Virus record (IMG/VR): IMGVR_UViG_3300023184_000026
Location: 233,259-297,258 of that record
Direction: 5' to 3' (one strand)
Length of the DNA stretch: 64,000 nucleotides
In this document: positions 30,053 to 38,240 of the stretch, in pieces
How the letters are laid out: each line of letters starts with the position of its first letter
Numbering within the stretch: the first letter of the stretch is position 1
The notes under the pieces: model-generated
What the model was told of the DNA's origin: nothing
Databases searched by the model: none
Seen by the model: the letters and a program-made list of their open reading frames with translations, nothing else
Program-made: the position numbers and the translations under genes

Positions 30053-30845
30053 AGGAAAAAAAGTCATACTTACTACGACAGCGTGCAAAAGAATAAATCT
30101 TCTTAAAGCCGCAATACAAAGTTTTAGTATATTCTGCCAAGATAAGAATATAATAGATGAAATACACTATTATGACGACTCTTCGCAGCCACACGAAAGA
30201 TCAACGGCGATTGAGTATTATCATAAGCATATACCAAGTGCCAATTTGATATTCAGATTTTTTGAGAAGGAGACATTTCCAGACAACTATAGACATGCGA
30301 GAGTATTGAACTTCTGGAGAAATGGTATAGAAAGTTCAAATGCCGATTATGTATTTCATCTGGAAGATGATCATCAGTTTTATAATATGTTTAATATAGG
30401 TGAAGCTATAGATATTATGGAACAATATCCAGAGTATGCTTATATGGGCTATTGTCAAAGTTGGAAAAATTTTCCAGTTGATATGATGCCAAAGAAAATA
30501 ATAGGGAACTTTTGGGAGACGATTTATCTTGACAACAGGCCAATGAATGATTTATTATTCTTGGATGATGTTATGGCTATGCATACTGGACTAGATTGGT
30601 GGATGTATTATATTAATTGGCCGTATTTTTCTTTGCGGCCTGGAGTACATCATGTCAAGAAGCTGCTTTCCGTGGGAGATTTTTCCACAACATATGATCG
30701 TGAAAAAACAAGCGTTGAGTTGGAGTTTGCCATACGATGGAAAAATATGGGGTACAAAAGCATGATGTGCAAGTATTTTACTTCTCTACACACTGGTCAA
30801 GATCCAGAACTTAGCGCATACAAAATCAACAACTCAGCAAGATGA
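30045..30845 (+). CDS. GT-A fold glycosyltransferase (GT2-like)
   Basis: ILTTTACKR, HYYDDSS and YVFHLEDD (DXD-like) motifs; inside the glycosylation island. Confidence 0.65.
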   Translation: MYKGKKVILTTTACKRINLLKAAIQSFSIFCQDKNIIDEIHYYDDSSQPHERSTAIEYYHKHIPSANLIFRFFEKETFPDNYRHARVLNFWRNGIESSNADYVFHLEDDHQFYNMFNIGEAIDIMEQYPEYAYMGYCQSWKNFPVDMMPKKIIGNFWETIYLDNRPMNDLLFLDDVMAMHTGLDWWMYYINWPYFSLRPGVHHVKKLLSVGDFSTTYDREKTSVELEFAIRWKNMGYKSMMCKYFTSLHTGQDPELSAYKINNSAR

Positions 30846-32149
30846 ACGAACAAACATTTCAAAATATATGGACAGAATGCCTTGGGTTCAATATTGAACA
30901 AAAGCCAGAAGAATATAAACAGCTGCTTTCACTGCTTGATGATAGAAAGAACAAGCGTTATGCTCTTGAAATAGGCTCAAATTATGGCGGAACCACTGCT
31001 GGATTTTGTCAGTTATTTGATACGGTAATAACAATAGACATCAAACACCATATCAATTTTGATAGACTTAAACGGAAGCATCCCACATACCAATATATTA
31101 TTTCGGATTCCAAGAGCAATGATACATTGGAATATATCAAAAGTCTTGGAATTAAATTTGATTTCATCTTTATTGATGGCGACCATTCATACAATGGGGC
31201 AAAAAATGATTATGACAAATATAAGCAATTTTTGGCATATGATGGGCATATAGGATTTCATGACATCATCTCAAGCGACCTTAATCGCCAATACGACATA
31301 AATGTGGACATTCTTTGGAAAGAAATAAAAGACACATATAACGATGTTCACGAATTTGTGGCTACATCAAAACACTCTGATTATAGCAGGCAGAATGAAT
31401 TTCATGAAATAGTTGGAAAAAACGATTATTCACAATGGGGAGGTATTGGAGTATTAAAAAATACACCAATTGGAGTTTTTTCTCATAACTATCTTACCAA
31501 TCATTGGTATGACATTGTTAATAGCCAGCTTTTAAAACTGAGCAATTCTGGTCTATACAAGCGAGCGGACAAAATTGTTTATGGAGTCAATGTTGATAAG
31601 GATGACGTATATCATAGTTTTATTGGGCTGTTGGACAAATATGATATAGACAGAAAGATAGAAGTATATCGTTATACAAAAAACATGTATGAGTTTCCCA
31701 CACTTATTCATCTACAGAATTATTGTGCCAACAATCCAAATGCATCCGTAGTGTATTATCACGCAAAAGGAACATCTCGCTCGTATGATCGCAACATAGA
31801 GTCTTGGAGAGAATGTCTTGAATATTTTAACATAGAACAATGGAAAAAATGTCACACTGAAATTATTACAGGAAAACACGATGTGTGTGGAGCATTGCAT
31901 GTTGATAAATTTGAGTTTTTGGATAAAGTACTTACAAACTATTATTCTGGCAATTTCTGGTGGGCAAGTGCAAAGTATATAAATACACTTGACAATATAA
32001 CCGCAAAAATGATAGAAGTAAATATGGAAAGAGCCGAAGCTGAAAGATGGATAGGTAGAAAACCACATCGCTGGGCCAGCCTATATAATGAAAATATATC
32101 GGATTGGTATATGCATTACTTTGATCCAAAATTATATAAACGACCATGA
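30842..32149 (+). CDS. Class I SAM methyltransferase fused to a putative glycosyltransferase-like domain
   Basis: ALEIGSNYGG, FDFIFIDGDHSY, IGFHD (Methyltransf_24-like); C-terminal VVYYHAKG...WRECLEYF...YSGNFWWA domain. Confidence 0.7.
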   Translation: MNEQTFQNIWTECLGFNIEQKPEEYKQLLSLLDDRKNKRYALEIGSNYGGTTAGFCQLFDTVITIDIKHHINFDRLKRKHPTYQYIISDSKSNDTLEYIKSLGIKFDFIFIDGDHSYNGAKNDYDKYKQFLAYDGHIGFHDIISSDLNRQYDINVDILWKEIKDTYNDVHEFVATSKHSDYSRQNEFHEIVGKNDYSQWGGIGVLKNTPIGVFSHNYLTNHWYDIVNSQLLKLSNSGLYKRADKIVYGVNVDKDDVYHSFIGLLDKYDIDRKIEVYRYTKNMYEFPTLIHLQNYCANNPNASVVYYHAKGTSRSYDRNIESWRECLEYFNIEQWKKCHTEIITGKHDVCGALHVDKFEFLDKVLTNYYSGNFWWASAKYINTLDNITAKMIEVNMERAEAERWIGRKPHRWASLYNENISDWYMHYFDPKLYKRP

Positions 32150-33909
32150 AACTATCCGTCATAATCACATCATATAAGTTTAAAGATTTCATTTCACAAT
32201 GTATTGATAGTATATTGTCACAAAAAACCGACTTTGGATTTGAAGTGTTGATCAGAGATGACGGCACAAATGATGGTACATTTGAATTGTTAAATGAGAA
32301 ATACAAAGCAAATACCAATATCAGAATATTGGACTCTTCCACGAATGTGGGTGCAGTCGAAAATCTTCTTATATTGGTCAATGAAGCCAAGGGTAAATAT
32401 ATCGCACATATAGATGGCGACGATTATCTCACAGACGATGGATATTATCAGCGTTCTATTAATTATTTGGATGAAAATCCATCATATGCCTTATACTGCT
32501 CCGGTTGTAGATATCTTGAAAATGGAGTTGTGTCGCCCGAAAACCATTGGATAGTGAGTGCCAAACCAGATATTGAGTTAAAAGATTTACTTGTTGAAAA
32601 CTATGTGTCATTTGCGCGAGTATTTAAAAAAACAGAATTTAGAAGAGAGATATTCAAAGACATTATATATCCCGACTGGGTTTTTAACTTTGAAATATTA
32701 AAATACGGTAAAGGTTATTGTGATACCAATCATTGTGCAGGAATGTATAGAATACATAAAAATGGAATGTTTTCTATGACGCCAGCCGAAGAAAAGTTGG
32801 AAAATAAAAATATTATTAAATCGGAGTTGAAAAAAAGATATGCAAGATTTCAACACAAGGTTATTACCATAGTTGATAGTTTTGTATACAACGACTCAAT
32901 TCGGTCCAAATTATTGAATACAATAAATTGGATGAAAGAAGATGGTCACGAAGTATTGCTTGTATCCAATACCATGGTAGACAAGGAGATTTTAAAATAT
33001 GTAAAGTTTTATTTGTATGATAGTCGCAATCAACTATTTCAAGAAAAGTATGACGATGTTGGTCTTGTAGATTTTTGGAAATCTCTCGCTGATGGATTTT
33101 ATATACACGACGTTGTTCCAGTATTACAAAAGCACGGACTGTCTGTGATGATAAATCTTTTTAATGCATTATTATACGCAAAGTCGCAAGGATATACACA
33201 TTTTCAAAGATTTGAAGTTGATGATCTATTTGGAGAAAAATCGAGAGAATATATAAAGCAGGTTCCATATGTGTGCGCAAATGAAAATAAACACGGGTTG
33301 TTCTATTACAACGAAGGTAATAATCCACCGGATATGTCGTTTCATTATTTTTATTGCAACATAGATGAATTTTTATCCAAAGTTCCGAGATTATCCAACG
33401 AGCAAGATTATGTGAATTATCTAAGACAATATCACGATGACAATAAGTTCCGTATAGTTGAGGTTTATGTATATGAAAGTTTAAAAAGAAATAATGACTC
33501 AAAGTTTTTAATAAAGTTTGATGAAAATGCCATGACATTGGACTTTCCAGACACACGTTGGAATACAGAAACATCTATCAGCAGTTTTGATCCCAAATAC
33601 GGAAAGTGTACTACTCGACTTTATTATATCAACGAACACAATAAAGAAACTAATACATTCAATCGCGGATCATCGTATGCCGTTTACACGCACTCATATC
33701 ACTCCGGATCTACGTTTAGAAAAATAGTTGTAGAAAAGATTGATGGTGGAAAATACGAATTTATTCACAATACAGAAGTAGCGAATGGCTGGGCGTGGAA
33801 TGAAGTTTTTTCGGATGTTAAATCCATTTCTGTATATGAAGATGATAAGTTTTTATATAGAGAGCATGTTGCGGATTGTATATCATATATCAATCTAATA
33901 AGAAAATGA
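32146..33909 (+). CDS. GT2-family glycosyltransferase with unknown C-terminal domain
   Basis: LSVIITSY..FISQCIDSILSQ..EVLIRDDGTND..YIAHIDGDD. Confidence 0.85.
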   Translation: MKLSVIITSYKFKDFISQCIDSILSQKTDFGFEVLIRDDGTNDGTFELLNEKYKANTNIRILDSSTNVGAVENLLILVNEAKGKYIAHIDGDDYLTDDGYYQRSINYLDENPSYALYCSGCRYLENGVVSPENHWIVSAKPDIELKDLLVENYVSFARVFKKTEFRREIFKDIIYPDWVFNFEILKYGKGYCDTNHCAGMYRIHKNGMFSMTPAEEKLENKNIIKSELKKRYARFQHKVITIVDSFVYNDSIRSKLLNTINWMKEDGHEVLLVSNTMVDKEILKYVKFYLYDSRNQLFQEKYDDVGLVDFWKSLADGFYIHDVVPVLQKHGLSVMINLFNALLYAKSQGYTHFQRFEVDDLFGEKSREYIKQVPYVCANENKHGLFYYNEGNNPPDMSFHYFYCNIDEFLSKVPRLSNEQDYVNYLRQYHDDNKFRIVEVYVYESLKRNNDSKFLIKFDENAMTLDFPDTRWNTETSISSFDPKYGKCTTRLYYINEHNKETNTFNRGSSYAVYTHSYHSGSTFRKIVVEKIDGGKYEFIHNTEVANGWAWNEVFSDVKSISVYEDDKFLYREHVADCISYINLIRK

Positions 33910-34004
33910 TAAGTTTTTGATTGAAATTGGGTCAAATAAGTTTCATCATGATAAATTAGAAATATTTGCAGATTCAAATAAAAGTTTTATAAAATTAAAA
34001 TAAT

Positions 34005-36125
34005 ATGAAAGTAATTAATGTAAATCCTGGCATACTTCCTATTCCACCAAATGGTTGGGGCGCTGTTGAAAAGATAATTTGGGACTATCACCAAGAAATT
34101 TTAAAAGTTGGCATTCGCAGCGAAATCAAATATCTCGATGATATAAAATATGACGAAAGTATGGTTGTTCATGTGCACGTCGCCAATTTGGCAATTATAT
34201 GCCATGAGCGCGGCATTCCTTATATTTTTAGTATTCATGATCATCATGCATATTTGTATGGTAAAGATTCCGATGTATTTAGAAAAAATTTACAAGCAAT
34301 TGAAAACAGCGTATTTTCATTGTCGCCTTGCAAATATCTTATTCCATATTTTGGAAGCAAGAAGCTTCGTTACTTCAGTCACGCTGTTAACACGGATATA
34401 TTTAAGTTCAATGGTCATCAGAGACGACATGTGCCAAGACTGTTGTGTGTTGCAAATAACGGATATGCATATGATCAAAGCATAGACCGAAAAGGTTTCA
34501 AAATAGCTATTGAGTCGGCAATGAAACTAGCGTTGCCTATTACTATAGCCGGACCCAGCAACAACAAGAATTTTTTTAAAACAATGTCTCCGGAAATTAA
34601 CGGATATACAGGTCTCACAAAGTTATTCGACCTTGATGAAAAATGGCTTGTTGATCTTTATAACGAAAATGATATATTCCTCCATTTTTCGGAATTAGAA
34701 GCCGGACATCCAAACCTAACACTGCTTGAGGCAATGTCATGCGGTTTGCCGGTTGTTGGTACGTTCGAAGAGGTATTGTATAAAGGAATGTATGTGACTG
34801 ATAGAAATCTTGATAATGCAGTCGCCGGAATAAAAACTGTCGTGGGTAGTTTTGACCAATATCGACAGGATGCTTTAAATACTGCAAATTCCAATTCATA
34901 TGGAATCAGAGTAAATGAACTTGCAAAATTGTATAGTGAATATCGCGAACAGATATTTGCCAATGGAATAATAAATCATTATCAAACTTCTCAACAAACA
35001 CTAAAAGAACCAAAAAATAAAATAAATATATCGTTTTTGCGTGGACCAAAAGTAGAAATACTTGGACCAGTCAATAAAAAATATAAAGTCAAGTTTTATG
35101 ATATGGATACAAATAGTGTCATATACGAAACGACACTCAGAAATAATATGTGGTCCGTTTCAAATAAAAGATATTTTGTAAAATGGAAAATTGAAGTTTA
35201 TGAAGTTGTGAATGAAAATTGGGAAATGCTTATTGAAACCCGCGTTTTGGATTTAGCTAAAAAGTCGATAAAAGTGGTATTTGATACCAATAGCTTGGGA
35301 GATATTATTTCATATATTGGCACAACCGATGCCTTCCAGAAAAAACACAATTGCGAACTTACGTGTGTTGTTTTTAATACGGAACTAGTTGAATTATTCA
35401 GCAAAAATTACAAAAATATAAAGTTCTCAAGAACAAACGACGGCGATGACAATTATTACTCCACGTATTATATTGGTTATTATGATCAAGAAAATTGGGA
35501 CGGTAATATGAAAAAAAATCCAAAGCATTTATCACTTGCGTTGGTGGCGGCAAATATACTGGGATTGCCAGAGGTGGAAATTCCACCATCTTTGAATATA
35601 ACCCCTTTGAAGCATAATAAAAAATATGTATGTATTGCAACACAAAGCACTACACAGGCAAAATATTGGAACAATCCAAATGGCTGGAACCTTGTTGTGG
35701 ATTATATCAAATCCAAAGGATATGAAGTGTGGTGCATAGATTTACACAACAGTTTTGGGTCTGGTGGTAAAATGAATTATATGCCAGCGGGTGCCATCGA
35801 TAAGACTGGAAAATTCCCGTTGGAAGAAAGAATGTCTCAGGTTGCAGGTGCGGAGTTTTTTATTGGACTTGGATCTGGATTATCTTGGCTGGCATGGGGA
35901 GTTCATCAAAAAGTTATACTTATCAGTGGATTTAGCGAGGAGTTTGCCGAATTCAAAAATCCTTATAGAGTTATCAATAAAAACGTGTGTCATGGATGTT
36001 GGAATGATGCAAGTTGTATATTTGACAAATCCGATTGGAACTGGTGCCCCAGAAATAAAGATTTTGAATGTACTAAAGAGATATATCCAGAGGATGTTAT
36101 AAAAATGATAGACAAAATAATTTGA
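34005..36125 (+). CDS. GT4 glycosyltransferase fused to a TibC/Aah-like (BAHT) protein O-heptosyltransferase
   Basis: N-terminal IPPNGWGAVE..EAGHPNLTLLEAMSCGLPVV (GT4); from ~35020 GPKVEI..YFVKWKI, SLGDI..FQKKHNC, YVCIATQST..KYWNNPNGW, FIGLGSGLSWLAW, ISGFS, CHGCWND..WCP..ECTK. Confidence 0.82.
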   Translation: MKVINVNPGILPIPPNGWGAVEKIIWDYHQEILKVGIRSEIKYLDDIKYDESMVVHVHVANLAIICHERGIPYIFSIHDHHAYLYGKDSDVFRKNLQAIENSVFSLSPCKYLIPYFGSKKLRYFSHAVNTDIFKFNGHQRRHVPRLLCVANNGYAYDQSIDRKGFKIAIESAMKLALPITIAGPSNNKNFFKTMSPEINGYTGLTKLFDLDEKWLVDLYNENDIFLHFSELEAGHPNLTLLEAMSCGLPVVGTFEEVLYKGMYVTDRNLDNAVAGIKTVVGSFDQYRQDALNTANSNSYGIRVNELAKLYSEYREQIFANGIINHYQTSQQTLKEPKNKINISFLRGPKVEILGPVNKKYKVKFYDMDTNSVIYETTLRNNMWSVSNKRYFVKWKIEVYEVVNENWEMLIETRVLDLAKKSIKVVFDTNSLGDIISYIGTTDAFQKKHNCELTCVVFNTELVELFSKNYKNIKFSRTNDGDDNYYSTYYIGYYDQENWDGNMKKNPKHLSLALVAANILGLPEVEIPPSLNITPLKHNKKYVCIATQSTTQAKYWNNPNGWNLVVDYIKSKGYEVWCIDLHNSFGSGGKMNYMPAGAIDKTGKFPLEERMSQVAGAEFFIGLGSGLSWLAWGVHQKVILISGFSEEFAEFKNPYRVINKNVCHGCWNDASCIFDKSDWNWCPRNKDFECTKEIYPEDVIKMIDKII

Positions 36126-36144
36126 TACGCAATATATATAGGAT

Positions 36145-36531
36145 ATGGAATTGCAGCAGTTTATACCGTCAGATCAAATTATTTTAGCTATTGCCGAAAA
36201 AGTTAAAAAAAAATTTCCGTCCTCAAATGGCAAGTGTGAATTTATGTCGCAAGAACTGGTTTCTGATTTGAATAAAAAAGGAATACGATCCAATCATGTA
36301 ATGGGAATATTCACACTTGATGAACCCGGTGCATGGAAATACAGATCAGAAGAGGATGAAGAATTTGATGAGTATCAAGTTAATCATGATTGGGTAAATG
36401 TGGAAGGAAAAATATTAGACATATCCGCCGATCAATTTAAAAAGTACGTAAATCAAAATATACCAAATGTAGTATATATAAGATACTCAGATCCATTATA
36501 TAAATATTACACGGAGATGGGTTATGTCTGA
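36145..36531 (+). CDS. Small transglutaminase/papain-like fold protein
   Basis: Candidate triad GKCEF (C 36235), NHDWV (H 36385), ILDIS (D 36418). Confidence 0.5.
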   Translation: MELQQFIPSDQIILAIAEKVKKKFPSSNGKCEFMSQELVSDLNKKGIRSNHVMGIFTLDEPGAWKYRSEEDEEFDEYQVNHDWVNVEGKILDISADQFKKYVNQNIPNVVYIRYSDPLYKYYTEMGYV

Positions 36532-38179
36532 GTCTAGCACTCAAAATTTAAAGGACATAATCAAGATAGAATATGTCAAGTGTTTGAAAGATCCGATATA
36601 CTTCATGAAGAAGTATGTGAAAATTCAACATCCTATTCGCGGTACACTATCATTTCTTACTTATCCATTTCAAGACAAAACTTTGGCCGACTTGATCAAG
36701 TATGACCAAAACATTATTCTCAAGAGTCGTCAGATGGGTATTACTACACTGGTTGCTGCGTATTCATTGTGGCTCATGACGTTTCATGAAAACAAAGAAA
36801 TCATTTGTTTGAGTATCACGCAAGAAACATCCAAAGCAATTGTAACCAAGGTTCGTTTTGCCAATGACAATCTACCAAGTTGGTTGAAACTGAAAGAATC
36901 GGAAGACAATCGACTATCATTGAAACTATCCAACGGTTCAAAGATTGTTGCTATTTCATCGGCAGGTACAGCGGGTCGTTCGGGTGCCGCATCTTTGTTG
37001 ATAATCGACGAAGCCGCGTTCATCGACAATATTGACGAAATATGGTTGTCTTCTCAATACACTTTGGCTACTGGTGGTAAAGCGGTTGTGCTATCTACAC
37101 CAAATGGCGTAGGTAATTGGTTTCACAAAATGTGGACAGAAAGCGAATCTGGACTAAACAACATGAATCGTATCAGTTTGCCTTGGCATCATCATCCAGA
37201 ACGCAACCAAAAATGGCGTGACGATCAAACAAAGTTGTCTGGAGAAAAAGGTGCAGCACAAGAATGCGATTGTGAATTTAGCACATCAGGTAATACCGTT
37301 ATTGATATTTCACTACTTCAATGGTATGAAAAAAATCACGCGATTGATCCAATAGAAAAGCGTGGAATCGACAAAGGTTATTGGATATTCAAGTATCCAG
37401 TTGCCGGTAAATCATATATGGTTAGTGCGGACGTTGCTCGTGGAGATGCATCGGACTTTAGTGCCGCCCAGATATTTGATATAGAAACAATGGAACAAGT
37501 TGCAGAATATAAAGGAAAAATTCCAACAAAGGAATATGCCAGAGCATTGATGACGATGGCAACCGAGTACAACAACGCGCTACTTGTTATAGAAAATGCC
37601 AATGTTGGATGGGCTGTGATACAAGAAGTGTTAGATAATAATTATCCAAACTTATTTTATAGTTCTTCAGATTTGCAATATGTCGATGTAGAAACGCAAA
37701 TGACCAACAAAATAAACGCGTTGGAGAAAAAAATGACTCCCGGATTTACGACATCAAATAAAACCAGACCACTTGTTATATCAAAGTTGGAAAGTTATTT
37801 TAGAAATAAAGAAGTTATCGTACACAGCAAGCGTCTTATTGAGGAACTTCAGGTCTTTATATGGAAGTCTGGTGCTGTTTCCGCAAAAGCCGAAGCAATG
37901 GACGGATATAATGACGATCTTGTAATGGCAATTGGAATTGGATTGTGGATCAGAGATGTTGCATTGCGTCTCAGAAAAGAATCAAATGCCGCAACCATGG
38001 CAATTGTTGATCGAATAGGCACCAGCCAAGCGCAACAGGCATACAATAACATAAAGCTTATAAATGCAGGAAAAAGTGTCAATCCATTTGGAGTATACAA
38101 CAATCCGTGGCAAATGCATATTGGCGGACCCAGTATTCATGGTTCAAAGGCAGAAGATCTCACATGGTTATTGCATTAA
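36524..38179 (+). CDS. terL: Terminase large subunit
   Basis: Walker A ILKSRQMGITT, Walker B LLIIDEAAFI, STPNG coupling motif, nuclease ADVARG..DFS and DDLVMA. Confidence 0.95.
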   Translation: MSESSTQNLKDIIKIEYVKCLKDPIYFMKKYVKIQHPIRGTLSFLTYPFQDKTLADLIKYDQNIILKSRQMGITTLVAAYSLWLMTFHENKEIICLSITQETSKAIVTKVRFANDNLPSWLKLKESEDNRLSLKLSNGSKIVAISSAGTAGRSGAASLLIIDEAAFIDNIDEIWLSSQYTLATGGKAVVLSTPNGVGNWFHKMWTESESGLNNMNRISLPWHHHPERNQKWRDDQTKLSGEKGAAQECDCEFSTSGNTVIDISLLQWYEKNHAIDPIEKRGIDKGYWIFKYPVAGKSYMVSADVARGDASDFSAAQIFDIETMEQVAEYKGKIPTKEYARALMTMATEYNNALLVIENANVGWAVIQEVLDNNYPNLFYSSSDLQYVDVETQMTNKINALEKKMTPGFTTSNKTRPLVISKLESYFRNKEVIVHSKRLIEELQVFIWKSGAVSAKAEAMDGYNDDLVMAIGIGLWIRDVALRLRKESNAATMAIVDRIGTSQAQQAYNNIKLINAGKSVNPFGVYNNPWQMHIGGPSIHGSKAEDLTWLLH

Positions 38180-38207
38180 TATATTTTTATAAAATATAAT
38201 GGCTTTA

Positions 38208-38215
38208 TATTTATA
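38208..38215 (+). promoter_or_regulatory. TATTTATA putative late-promoter motif
   Basis: 25 nt before the portal ATG. Confidence 0.55.
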
Positions 38216-38240
38216 CTTTATGCTCTCATATATATAGACT

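Noticed and set aside
16784-36125. Giant-virus (NCLDV) origin suggested by the Mre11-Rad50 fusion, sugar cluster and collagen-like repeats
   Set aside because: T4-type terminase, portal, gp21 protease, HK97-fold gp23 and baseplate genes identify a tailed phage
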